From Eledone cirrhosa (Eukaryota), in assembly GCA_964016885.1 (NCBI GenBank), contig OZ024751.1, positions 13,082,001 to 13,146,000 of the forward strand: a stretch of 64,000 nucleotides of DNA, read 5' to 3'. The notes under the pieces were generated by a model that was not told where the DNA came from, did no database searches, and worked only from the letters and a program-made list of their open reading frames with translations. Made by a program: the position numbers and the translations under genes. This document shows, piece by piece, positions 39,431 through 52,019 of the stretch. Numbering within the stretch: position 1 is the stretch's first letter; every line of letters begins with the position of its first letter.

Positions 39431-40780
39431 TCCCTGCTTCAAGATATCGGGAACTCTCCCGGCTAGCAGCAAACAGTTAAATAAGTTCACTAGAGTTGCA
39501 GGGTCGATTGCGCGTACCTGTTGGGGCGTGATTCCGTCGGGCCCCGGAGCCGAATGCGGATCCATACACCTACGCGCACCCACCACTTCGGACACGATAA
39601 ACGGCCGCAAAAGCGGCTCATTGTTCACCATCTCCGTTGCGGGATACGCGCTAAGATCCACATCTGGTCCAGGGACGGAGAATCTGTCCTCGTAAGCAGA
39701 CGCGATGTCCGCCATCGGGACAGGACACACCCCCTGCATCTCTTCGCCTAAAATTACTGTTAGGAGCTTCTTCCTGTCTCGGTCGTACAAAAACTGATAG
39801 CGAGCGTAGAGCAGACTCTTTTCACTCTTTCTACCAGTTTTCTTATAGGGCCTTTTAAATCTACTCTTTTTCCGTGTGTTTCGCGCTCCACCACGCCTTC
39901 TGTTCGAGCGCACCTTGTTCACCCATTCATCGACAAACCCGGCGAACGCATCCCAGCTCTCATCCGTGATCTCATCACAGAATGTAACAAGATACTCGGC
40001 AAAAGCGGCAGACCATTGAGAGCGCCCAGGCTCCACCGCCTCGCCAAACAAGTTCCTCCAATCGCTATCAGAGGCAACCGGGATGGACGCCCCACTCGGC
40101 TGGTTAGGCGGCCGTTTCTCTAACGACCCTGCAGAACGGGTAGGGAACTGTTTACAGTGTTTTTCTCTATTCCTTAGATCGCTCCTCTTCGAACTAATCT
40201 GTTTCACAGTCTTTCCGGGCAGGAAAGGAGCGATCCCAAGATTGACACGACGACACCCCGCCTTAAGAAGCCCGTCCTCCTTCTCGAGAAGGACCGAGAC
40301 CTCCTGCTCGGACCAACAACCACGGCCAACCCGGGTGCGGGGTTGCCTAGCTCTCTCACGAGAGGCTGCAGCAGCACGAGAGGCACGCTTCTTTCCGATC
40401 TCCTCTGCGTGTTTCGCGATCCTGCGGCGATTGGCCACCACAGGATGACGATGTCTTTCGTGCTGTGATCTTCCTGCGACCGTACGGAGGGCACGGTCGC
40501 ACTCTCCGCACCTGTGGATCAAGTCCGAGACGGCGGGTATGTCGTCCCATCTCCTGCCCATGCATCGGCCCACGTGCACCCGGAGCGAATGCAGGTGGCA
40601 ACTTTCCCTACCGCATTTGCTGCACCTAAAAACTGCCTTTCGCTCATGACAGCGCAGCAAATGCTCCGCCCAACCAGACGGGCCCGAGAAATGACGCGAA
40701 CAGCACGAGCAAAGCAAGATTACGCTCTTACACGGAATCTCGAGACAGTCCTCCCCCGCGACCGTTTGCCCAACCTCACA
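39431..40780 (-). CDS. R2 protein N-terminal part: CCHH-CCHC-CCHH zinc fingers, Myb domain and RT motif 0; frameshifted relative to the RT at ~39430
   Basis: CSCC..HLLRCH, CSKC..HVGRC, CGEC..SQHERHRHP, WSEQEV...LPGKTVKQISSKR, SAPGPDGI. ILKQG joins VLIRKKMDGP in another frame. Confidence 0.87.
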
Positions 40781-41250
40781 GACAGGTAGCTGCAGGTATG
40801 CTGTACATGTGGCAACAAGACTCAGCGCCCTGCAATACCAGCCGAAAGACACAAGCCTGGCTGTCAGAGAACTTCGTCAACCACACTTCACCTGACATCT
40901 GGCCTCCCAGCTCGACTGACTGCAACCCCCTCGACTTCTTTGTGTCGGGCGCAGTGGAACGAGACACCAACAGATCTAGCTGCAATACGAAAGACGATCT
41001 GAAGGCCAGGCTCACAAGTGCCTTTAGGGGCCTAATTCGGGGGACAGCGAGGAAGGCCTATAGCCGGTTCCGAGGCCATCATCAAAGCTAATGGCAGGTT
41101 TATCGAGTGAGATCGAAAGATCAAGTCATGAAGACAAACTGACCAAAGTTTGATAAATAAATCTTAAAAAATAAAACTAGTGTTATATTTTCCTAGGCTG
41201 ATATTTGATCTTGATATTTGATCTTGCGAACAAATATCAGCCGCACCCTC
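40781..41250 (+). mobile_element. 3' fragment of a DD37D (maT) Tc1/mariner transposon
   Basis: WQQDSAPC...WPPSSTDCNPLDF has 37 residues between the catalytic Asp residues; ends IKANGRFIE*; terminal ..CCGCACCCT. Confidence 0.82.
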
Positions 41251-41634
41251 TCTCTATATATATATATTAAAAAAAAAACCCACTCCCCACAAATAATTCC
41301 CCATTCACTACCAGAAAGGAACACACAGCAGTCAACTTGCTGGTACCAAGATGAAAACTACTATGAAATCCCACACTGAGTTTTATACTTGAATTTTCAA
41401 ATTTTAATTCTTCTTATTATTATTAATTTTTCTTAATATTAATCAACATTTGAAAAGATGGCTTTTGCAGACCCATCGAAACCGGTCATTTTTTATACCC
41501 TTTATTCTTTCCTTACCTTATAAAATTGTTTTTTCACAAAAAAGTATTCTGTCTCTTATATATTCCATGTGCCATTACCAACTTTCTCTCTCTCTTTCTC
41601 TCTCTCTTTCTTTACACCCTCCCCTTAATTGGAA

Positions 41635-42149
41635 AGTGTATCAAAGAGCGAGCTGATCACAACATTGAAAGAATTAATGCAAAATAGATTACAACTGAGT
41701 TAAAAGATGCTGTGAAAGAGAGAGACTTACAGAAAGCAGAGATAAAATCACTACAAAATCAACATGATTCAAATCTTGTAGACTTACAACAGAAATATGA
41801 AAATAAGATATCACTGTTGTTGAAACAACTGAAGGTGGAAGCAGTAGAAAAGGAAGACCCCTGTATCAGCAAATGTGGCAAAATATCATTATGTTCCTGA
41901 AACTCCAGATGACCCAAATTATCACCCTGAGAGACCCATGGAATTTGATACACCATATCTGAAGGTTGCCAAAAAACAAGGACTGCTTTAAAAGGTTGCA
42001 AATGTTTGCGCAATAAATGTAATTCAAAGGTTTGTTCTTGTTTTAAGAAGATTTCATTCTGTTTGCCTTCATGCACTTGTTTTGAATGTAAAAATAAGCC
42101 AACATCTTTATTTGAAGACTCCATCGGTAGTGACAAAAACACTTTCTAG
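41635..42149 (+). pseudogene. KIF4: KIF4-like pseudogene, C-terminal part with a Cys-rich (CXC-like) domain
   Basis: LVDLQQKYENKISLLLKQL (cf. LVRMEQQHQEKVLYLLSQL) and GCKCLRNKCNSKVCSCFKKISFCLPSCTCFECKN (9 Cys). Stops lie between them; AATAAA motifs near 42499-42521. Confidence 0.7.
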
Positions 42150-42731
42150 TGTACAGTTATTATTTTCACTGAATCTGATAGAACTTGTGTTTTATCAGCC
42201 ACAGATTGTATTTAAAGAATTTGGTAACTCCAGTGTTTCCATATTTCTGTGTGTCCTTGAGGGCTAAACACTTTTTCTGCCAAATTTTGTCCATTTTCAA
42301 GAAAAGTTGCAACTAATTACTTTCGAAGTTTACTTTTAACAATCAGATGTCAGTTTACCTGGAAAGAAACAATGCAGTTATAAAGAAGAGTTGAAATTAA
42401 TGCACGCAAGATTTCACAGCTCTAGAATCATTCCATTGTCAGCCTTATTTACTAATACTAGTATAATTCACTGATATGTCTATATAGTTATTTGGTTTAA
42501 TAAAAAGTTGTTCATAATAAAAAACAGAGTTAATATCATATATATACATAGTGTAACAGGTAAATTGGGACAATTCAAATCACACACACACACACACACT
42601 TCTTTATGTCACCGTCTGCGTCTTTTTCTTATGCATTCCAAAACGGCTCGACCAAACCACAGTTTACATTAGACTCCGGGAGTAACAACGTATTTTTATT
42701 TTCATTTGGATTAAAGCAAATGCTCGCTTGA

Positions 42732-44022
42732 TCGAAGCCTTCAGTGAAGACAGTTATTTGAAGTTCGAAGTCTTCAGTGAAGACACAGTTATGAGAAGAT
42801 CGAAGCCTTCAGTGAAGACACAGTTATGAGAAGATCGAAGCCTTCAGTGAAGACACAGTTATTTGAAGTTCGAAGCCTTCAGTGAAGACACAGTTATGAG
42901 AAGTTCGAAGCCTTCAGTGAAGACACAGTTATGAGAAGTTCGAAGCCTTCAGTGAAGACACAGTTATGAGAAGTTCGAAGCCTTCAGTGAAGACACAGTT
43001 ATGAGAAGTTCGAAGCCTTCAGTGAAGACACAGTTATGAGAAGTTCGAAGCCTTCAGTGAAGACACAGTTATGAGAAGATCGAAGCCTTCAGTGAAGACA
43101 GTTATGAGAAGTTCGAAGCCTTCAGTGAAGACACAGTTATGAGAAGATCGAAGCCTTCAGTGAAGACACAGTTATGAGAAGTTCGAAGCCTTCAGTGAAG
43201 ACACAGTTATTTGAAGTTCGAAGCCTTCAGTGAAGACACAGTTATGAGAAGTTCGAAGCCTTCAGTGAAGACACAGTTATGAGAAGTTCGAAGCCTTCAG
43301 TGAAGACACAGTTATGAGAAGTTCGAAGCCTTCAGTGAAGACACAGTTATTTGAAGTTCGAAGCCTTCAGTGAAGACACAGTTATTTGAAGTTCGAAGCC
43401 TTCAGTGAAGACACAGTTATGAGAAGTTCGAAGCCTTCAGTGAAGACACAGTTATTTGAAGTTCGAAGCCTTCAGTGAAGACACAGTTATGAGAAGTTCG
43501 AAGCCTTCAGTGAAGACACAGTTATGAGAAGTTCGAAGCCTTCAGTGAAGACACAGTTATGAGAAGTTCGAAGCCTTCAGTGAAGACACAGTTATTTGAA
43601 GTTCGAAGCCTTCAGTGAAGACACAGTTATGAGAAGTTCGAAGCCTTCAGTGAAGACACAGTTATGAGAAGTTCGAAGCCTTCAGTGAAGACACAGTTAT
43701 GAGAAGTTCGAAGCCTTCAGTGAAGACACAGTTATGAGAAGTTCGAAGCCTTCAGTGAAGACACAGTTATTTGAAGTTCGAAGCCTTCAGTGAAGACACA
43801 GTTATGAGAAGTTCGAAGCCTTCAGTGAAGACACAGTTATGAGAAGTTCGAAGCCTTCAGTGAAGACACAGTTATGAGAAGTTCGAAGCCTTCAGTGAAG
43901 ACACAGTTATTTGAAGTTCGAAGCCTTCAGTGAAGACACAGTTATTTGAAGTTCGAAGCCTTCAGTGAAGACACAGTTATTTGAAGTTCGAAGCCTTCAG
44001 TGAAGACACAGTTATGAGAAGT
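42732..44022. repeat. 35-bp minisatellite x~37
   Basis: Unit TCGAAGCCTTCAGTGAAGACACAGTTAT(GA/TT)GAAG(T/A); no spacers. Confidence 0.96.
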
Positions 44023-44210
44023 ACGTTGGATATTGCTTCAACTGCGCACCATAGCCAAAAATTACACGGATTAAAATATAGCAAGCTAAAAGGCCAGATA
44101 TCTTTGGGGACAAAAATGGGCAATCCCTTCGAAAAAAGATCACGAATTTTTTTAAGAAGAATGGGCGGGCGTGGAATCATGTACACACATGACTTGACTT
44201 GCATCATAAT

Positions 44211-44434
44211 TGTTTCTACTTTTGGCACAAGGCCAGCAATTACCCAGTGTTTTACTGGTACTTTATTTTATCGACCCCGTAAGGATGAAAGGCAAATTAA
44301 ACCTCGGCGGGATTTGAACTCAGACCGTAAAGGGACGTAACTATGCTGGAAAGCATGGTGTCCGACTCTCTACCGATACTGCCAATCCCCTGCCCCACTC
44401 CCACCCTCTACCGATACTGCCAATCCACCGCCCA
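44211..44434 (-). mobile_element. Short-tail SINE with a 16-bp TSD and a duplicated 5' end
   Basis: TSD TGACTTGCATCATAAT at 44195-44210 and 44435-44450. Confidence 0.88.
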
Positions 44435-44854
44435 TGACTTGCATCATAATGCTTCCTAATCTAAGGCAACAAAACTTCTAAGATTTTGAGATACTCTGCT
44501 GTGTTGATTTTTAAGACCCGCTTCAATATAATGAAGAGGCATCAATTTCCCATCATAATGGAAGCCAGATTTTTGCTATGCATAGCTGAAGGAACTTGAG
44601 AAGGGTCGTATGTTACTACTCATGAGGTTTGACGGAAATTTCATCTACCACCAACTTCATTTCCTCTATGAAGATGCGGACATCTCCGTCGCGATATTTC
44701 AGATGAGTAAGAATGTTGGGACTTCTTTCAGTTCAAATGGCTTTGGAGCAGGTAGTTAGGATGTTATGGTGTCTCCTTACATATGATTTCATATGGAGGT
44801 CTTGTCTCACAGCCCTAGAAATAGTCATTCAGTCTTGCTTTTCTATCTATTATT

Positions 44855-45072
44855 GGAATGGCAGTGTCGGTAGAGCGTCGGACAACATGCTTTGCGTCAT
44901 ATAGATACGTCTCTTTAAGTACTGAGTTCAAATACCGCCGAGGTTAGCTTTGCCTTTCTTCCTTACGATGTTGATCAAATAAAGTTCTAGTCCCGCAGTG
45001 GGGGTCGATGTAATCGACTATCCCTGCCCCAAACATTGCTGAGTTTTGTGCCTTAATCAGAAACCATTATTA
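44855..45072 (+). mobile_element. Short-tail SINE (older variant)
   Basis: TGGCAGTGTCGGTAGAGCGTCGGAC head, GAGTTCAAAT B-box and core. Confidence 0.75.
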
Positions 45073-45664
45073 AGGACCCTATACATTCATGTGATACGTC
45101 GGGTGTCTTTACTCCCTATGCCATACGTGTTATAGATACCATTGCTGAATGACAGTCTCTTATTGTCGAACAATATCGAGTTGGAATTGTTGTTGCCGTA
45201 ACTGTTTACCCGAATTTATACCCTTGAAATGTTGCGAGTAAGACTTGTAAAACCATTATTCAATTTAGTATTCTAAAAATTAACTATATACACATATATA
45301 TACACACGTGTATATATATGTGTGTGTGCTAATTTATATGCATATATATGTGGGTGGGTATGCTTTTGTGTGCAATTGTGTGGTGTGTGTTGTGTGTACG
45401 CACACACATACACGCACATATACATACATACACTTATATACACACGCACAAATATATATATATATATATATATAGGCCTGATGCAGCTTTGATGACAGTT
45501 CCCAGACATCATGCCACATGATAACATGTGTATGCACATATATTTCGTTTCAAAAATGTCTACCAGTTGACACGCAACTTCCGGTATTTTATTTCTTGCA
45601 AAACTTGCAAAAGTGATGTCGTCTTCAGTAAGTCTCTGTTTAACCATACACACATAAGCGCGCG

Positions 45665-45706
<42 letters not shown>

Positions 45707-45752
45707 CATTTATATACATATATATATATACATACAAACAAACACTAACATC

Positions 45753-45783
<31 letters not shown>

Positions 45784-46297
45784 CGTGTATGTGTTATATA
45801 TATGTGTATGCGTGTTTATATATATATATATATATATATATACGCATACATACAAACACTGACATATATATATATATACACACAGGCAAACCCTGAAACA
45901 CACACACACACACATATATATATATACACATATGTATATATATATAAACACTGACATATATATATACATATATGTATGCGTATGTATATATATACATACA
46001 AATACTGACATTAATATATGTATATATACGCACACACACAAGTATATACATACTTATAAATACTGACATGTATATGCATATACAAACACACACACACACA
46101 TATATATATATACACACACACATGCATATATAAACATATATATACACTGAGATATATGCATATATAAACACACACACACACATATATATATATATACACA
46201 AACATACAAACACATGCATATATAAACATATATATACACTGAGATATATGCATATATAAACACACACACAGACATATATATGCATATAAATATGCAG

Positions 46298-46348
<51 letters not shown>

Positions 46349-46683
46349 CATTTACATTATCCCATTTTTATGATGGGTTCAAAAACTGTGTCCCTATCTC
46401 TAAAGAATATCTCTACTCACATCAGCACGTCTAATGTTAATTTATGTTTTTATTCCTCTTATTCAGCTCTATTTCCCTCTTTCTCTTAGTGTCCACCCTT
46501 CCTCCACCTTGGCGACAATGGAAGGCCGAATGGTTAAGAGGTTCGCTTCGCTATCATTACGTCCCGGGTTCAATCCCACTGCGTTGGATTTTAGGCAAGT
46601 GTTATTTCCCATAGCCTCGAGTTGACCTCACCCCTATGAAGTAATATATTAATGGTCCCTCTGTCCCTGAGGATCCTCTAGGC

Positions 46684-46991
46684 CAGGGGTGTGCAACATA
46701 TTCCATTGGCGGGCCACTTCTGAACATTGGAACAACTATTAGGGTCATTAATATTTATTAAGCCCTATTCCAAAGATTCACATCTGTCCATAACATGGAA
46801 CTGGGAAATTATAACACATTACCCTATCAGCGAAGTCCTTTAGTATAGGTCAACTAACAGAAAATTGTATTACGGTTACGAAAAAAAATTCTAAATAAGC
46901 CTACAAGGTAAAAATAAAAATGGTCATCGCAATCACTGACTGGTCTGGTGGACCGGATTGTGGCCCGCGGGCCGCCTGTTGCACGCCCCTG
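46684..46991. mobile_element. Non-autonomous hAT MITE
   Basis: TIRs CAGGGGTGTGCAACA / TGTTGCACGCCCCTG; exact 8-bp TSD CTCTAGGC. Confidence 0.9.
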
Positions 46992-49900
46992 CTCTAGGCT
47001 TTAGATTAATCCCACTGTGTTGGATTTTAGTTCACCTCACCCCTATGAGTTAATATATTGTGGGTCTCCCTTGTCTCTGCCGATCCCCTAGGCTTCAGTT
47101 TAGTCAACTTTATGAATCATGTGACTCTCGTATCTATCTCTCTCTCCTTGTGTGTGAGTGCGCGCGTGTGGGGTTGCACGTGTATGCGGGTATTTACCAT
47201 TTCCTAATATCGGTAACACCATTATGCTTTTCACTTTTCAGTGTCATCTTAGGGAGTTGTTATGGATGGAGAGCGCGGAAGTTGTGGGTACGGATTGGAA
47301 AATATATCGATAATATAACGGCCTTACTAATACCCAATTGACATTTATGAATAGAGAATGAATATGAGCAGAGCTCTGATATACAGCCATGACAATCCCA
47401 CCTTTTCGTGGGTATTTAGAACTACTGAATCGAAGGTGGCCTTTATCTTTATTTTTATTAAGGGAATGTGGGATTTGAGAGACATCTTGCTGCTTTTTCT
47501 AGCAGGTTGATCAAACTCAGACAGAGGCTCCTTCACTGAGGATTCTTCGCTGGATGGATTTCCCGTTAGTTAAGTGTGACAAAATATTTTCTATGCTAGT
47601 AATTGCGCCTGTCACAGTGATCGAACCCACAACCATTCCAGAGCCATAGAAGCTGAATATTTATCCACTCACACAAAAACAAAACAATTTCCTCTTCATG
47701 ACTGGATATCAGACATTGATTTAATGTCCTGTATAAAAAAAACACAAACACAAAAATATCTATTATGTAAAAATAAAAGCAATAGTAAAATAAATAAGTT
47801 GTAGAATTTTTGGTTTTATCCAAGAATGAATCTGTCATCAAGAAGTAACGAAATATTTTATCAATCAATCTTACCATTATACAAAGACTTTCAAGACAAG
47901 CCGATTCCATTTATCTTCTCAGGATTCCTCTATCTCAGACTGTTTGTGTTTCTCAAACTGTTGATAATGTAAACGTCTCGAAAACCGATTTAAGTTAATC
48001 TGAAAACCGGAATGAAGTACTTTGGAGTAGCTTAGAATAATTGCTTTTAATATGACAAGAAGATTCAGATTTTTTATTATTATTATAGTTTGTATTCTAT
48101 CCCACAATGCTTTGTATGTTTACGGAGGAGAGTATTATTGCTTGACTTGAAGTTTGAAACGATATGGAAGTCAGAGTATTGGGTAGGAAGATGAAAATAT
48201 ACACTCGGGTAAATCGTCACAAGATGAGGATAATCTATTTAAATCTCGTCTACAATAAAGCGTGCCTTCTTCCATTCCTATATATATATATACACATACA
48301 CATGTATATATACATGTATTTATATATATATATATATACACACACAAACATGTATATATACATGTATATGTATATATATTATCCTTTCAAGATATTAGGA
48401 GATAGATTTCATTAGGTTTTAGTGTGTTTACAATAGTTTCGTCGTTACAATAGATTAGGTTGGGAGATGGATAAATAAATAGACAGAGATAGATATAGAT
48501 AGATAGATAGGTAAGTAGGTAGGTAGATTGAAAGATAGAGAGATAAAACCGTGAGGGGGCAGATAAGACTACATCTCAGAAATGTCTAGTTGTATTCTCC
48601 TATGAAAGATCATAAGTCTGCGACAATTCTACAAATACGAAAACATACAAAACTGAACATAATGAGATCGAATCACAGCAAAGATTAAGAGAACGTTTAT
48701 ATCTTATTTATTTTTCTAATAGAGAACTTTGTGGTTAGGGTATCGTTTCACGAACGTAAGGTCGTGAGTTCGATTCCTGGCTGTACGTTATGTCCATGCG
48801 CAGCTAGTGAGTTGTTTTCCTTATTTGCTTAATACTGTTGACGAGGCAATGGCTGACGGCTTGGCAACAGTAACCTCGCAACTCATTTCTACAGCTGAGT
48901 AAACTGGAGCAACGTGAAATAAAGTGCCTTGCTCAAGGAAACAACACATCACCCGGTCCGAGAATCAAACTCACAACCTACCGATTTCAATCCTAACGCT
49001 CTAATTACTAAGCCAGAATAAATAATATATATATAGTGAAAGAGTGAAGAATAACATGGTCGGCTGTACAAAAAGGGTTTTATTTACAGTATTAACAATT
49101 GTTTCATTAATCAGGTGAATCTAAAGGCCGCTGATCACTCGACCTTAAATACAGTGCGTGTCTGACCACACACACACACACACACATATATATAACATGA
49201 ATATTAAATCAAGTAAGATTTTGCATAGGAAAGTGTTGAGACAAGTGTTGTAATTATTGTTTGAAGTCATTCAATCATGAGAGAATGTTTGGCATTATTT
49301 GTTTCATCTCTCGGCGCCCTGTGTTCAAATCCCACTGAGAGCAACTTTGTCATTTTATTTTTTATCATCCTTTCTAAGTACCGTAAATAATCTAATTTTG
49401 ATGGAGTGTAATAAATGTGTCAGTGAAACATACATATACACCAGCTCCGAACACAGAGGAACCAAACTCCCACTGTCACCGCTTCTGTTTCTCCGGCTCT
49501 TCCCATCTCTCACTATTATGAGCAAATGGGGGCTTACGCGCTGGCCGCCCGGCGGACAGAATAGAGAAGGCGTTTCCCCGGAGGATAAAGAACCGAGCAG
49601 TGAGCTGTGATATGGCTGAATCGTTAGAACGTCGAAATCAGGGATTTGTGGTATTCTTTCTGGTTCACATCCCCGCCGAGGTCAACTTTACCTTTCATCG
49701 TTTCGAAGTCGATGAAGTACCAGTCCAGTACTGTGGTCGAATCTTCCGTTATATATATTTCTCACGTCCTCTCTCCCACACACTTTCTGTCGCTCTCCCC
49801 CTGGAAGAAACCGGCTGGGTTCAGACACTAATACCCCCACAAACATCCCCAACACTATCCCCTCTATCACAGCCACCAGCATCTCTATCTACGCAATTAG

Positions 49901-50074
49901 CAGATAAATACTCTAGCAATCAATGGGAATAATTCCAACAAAAGTACAGCATTTGAGGGTTTTAGGCACTAGGCACAATGTAGGCGGCGAATTGGCCAAA
50001 TTCGTTAAACTAAAATCACAATTCCGGGCGTCCTCAGGCCGGTGCTTAACCCGGTATACTTGGTGTTAATTATG

Positions 50075-50570
50075 GGGGAGATGGAAAGATGGGGGGGGGA
50101 GATGGGGGGGGGGAGACAGAAGAGACGGGAGAGACGGGGCAGAGAGAGACGGGGCAGAGAGAGACGGGGCAGAGATGGGGGGACTGGGGAGATATGGAGG
50201 AGATAGGGGGATGTGGGAGAGATAGGGGGATGTGGGAGAGATAGGGGAGAGATAGGGGGAGGTGGGAGAGATGTGGGAGAGATAGGGGATGGGGGAGGTG
50301 GAAAAGAGAGAAAGAAAGAGAAGAGAAGAGAAGAAAGAGAAAAGAGAGAAGAAAGAGAAGAGAGAAGAAAGAGAAAAGAGAGAAGAAAGAGAAGAGAGAA
50401 GAAAGAAGAAAGAGAAGAGAGAAGAAAGAGAAAAAAGAAAGAAAGAGAAGAGAGAAGAAAGAGAAAAAAGAGAAGAGAGAAGAAAGAGAGAAAAAGAGAG
50501 AAAAAAAGAGAAAAAAGGGAGAGAGGGAGAACGCGGAGGCGGAAGGCGAAAGAATTGTAAAGAAGTTAGT
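50075..50570. repeat. Polypurine (GA-rich) low-complexity tract
   Basis: Directly visible. Confidence 0.9.
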
Positions 50571-51439
50571 AAAAATAAAAAGCGAGTCCATTAGCAGGAT
50601 TTAGAGAGAATTTCAGTGAAAGGAAAAATGGCGTCCATCACGTGGTAGTGAAAAAAGCAGGAGTGCGTAGTAGGAGGCTGGAGTTAATATTAGGGCAGAG
50701 GTCATACTGTGTCATAATTTTGTACAAAACTTGACAGGTCATGTGGTGTTAAAGGGTTGTGTGTAGGTGTAAATTGCAGTCTCTTTCCCTACCTCATTGG
50801 TCATACACAAACACAGAGGTGTGTGTGTGTATGTGTGTATGTGTGTGTGTGAGAGGAAAGAGCACTCAATGCCGAAGTAGGGTTTAAATATTCACATTAT
50901 TGAGGCTAAATATATATATATAGTGTGTGTGTGCGTGTGCGTGTGCGTGTGCGTGTGCGTGTGCGTGTGCGTGTGTGTGTGTGTTTCAGTTTCTCACACA
51001 CGTATGTACACACTTCTGTGTGTGTATATCCATATCTCTCTCTAGAGAGAAAGAGACGTTCTCTCAAGGCTAAATAGTGAGACTCAATATGAAGCCTCAA
51101 TAAAGTGAATGGAGAGAGAGAGAGAGAGAGTGAAAGAGAGAGAGAGAGAGATACATACATACATACATACAGAGAAGTGTATATATGTGTGATTATATAT
51201 ATACACACACACACAATTATTTACATGTGTGTGTGTGTGTGATAGCAAAGTGGGTTACATTGTGGTAAAGATATTCAGCTCCCGATCATTTATATATATA
51301 TATATAACGAAGGAATTGTTGTAAGGAACCAGATGGACCATAACGCACCAAAGTACTCAATACTTAGGATAGAGTGGGTAATAGGAACAAGTATGACCCC
51401 GACGAAACGGCTTGAACTCTGCCGTCGGGGTTATACTTG

Positions 51440-51506
<67 letters not shown>

Positions 51507-52019
51507 ATAATAATAAATGTGAAGACTAAAATCCAAAGAGGGTTCGATAAGGATAAATATATATCAAATATATAAGAACTCTAAAGGAAATATTTATTAA
51601 AATAACAGATTAAAGTTTAAGCAAAGAATCGCTGCTTTCACCCTTAACGTATCTTCTGTGTGTGTGTATATATTTATATACACACATACATATATCTATA
51701 CACACACACACACACACACATACATATACACACACACATATATATACACACACACATACATATACACACACATACACACATACACATACATATATATATA
51801 CACACATATATATACACACACATATATATACACACACATACATATACACACATACATACATATACACACATATACACACATATATATATATATACACATA
51901 CATTTTATTTATATATATATATGTGTATGTGTGCATGTAGTTACTGTCGAAGTTTAAGTAGATTAAAACACGAAACTGCTCGCCCTTAAGTAACAGACAT
52001 AACTTCACATTCACAGCTA

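Larger units (their letters stand above)
36723..40780 (-). mobile_element. R2 non-LTR retrotransposon, R2-A-type N-terminus, 5' UTR missing, ~750-nt 3' UTR
   Basis: GC-rich block with an R2 domain order and a precise 28S 3' junction; the 5' boundary is approximate. Confidence 0.93.
42715..44845 (-). mobile_element. Decayed DD37D(maT)-like transposase, interrupted by a SINE and a minisatellite
   Basis: In order on the minus strand: ISRAVRQDLHMKSYVRRHHNILT, LKINTAEYLKILEVLLP, HDSTPAHSS, FVPKDIWP..FNPCNFWLW, TVSSLKASIKRAFA. Confidence 0.78.

Noticed and set aside
37835-40789. Several plus-strand ORFs over the R2
   Set aside because: Antisense shadows of a GC-rich coding region with no recognisable motifs.
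41990-42100. Metallothionein or tesmin/LIN54 gene
   Set aside because: The Cys cluster follows KIF4-like coiled-coil sequence on the same strand with intervening stops, so a kinesin-4 tail pseudogene fits better.
42732-44022. CRISPR-like 35-bp repeats
   Set aside because: Units are directly adjacent with no unique spacers, there are no cas genes, the context is eukaryotic, and the unit derives from transposase sequence.
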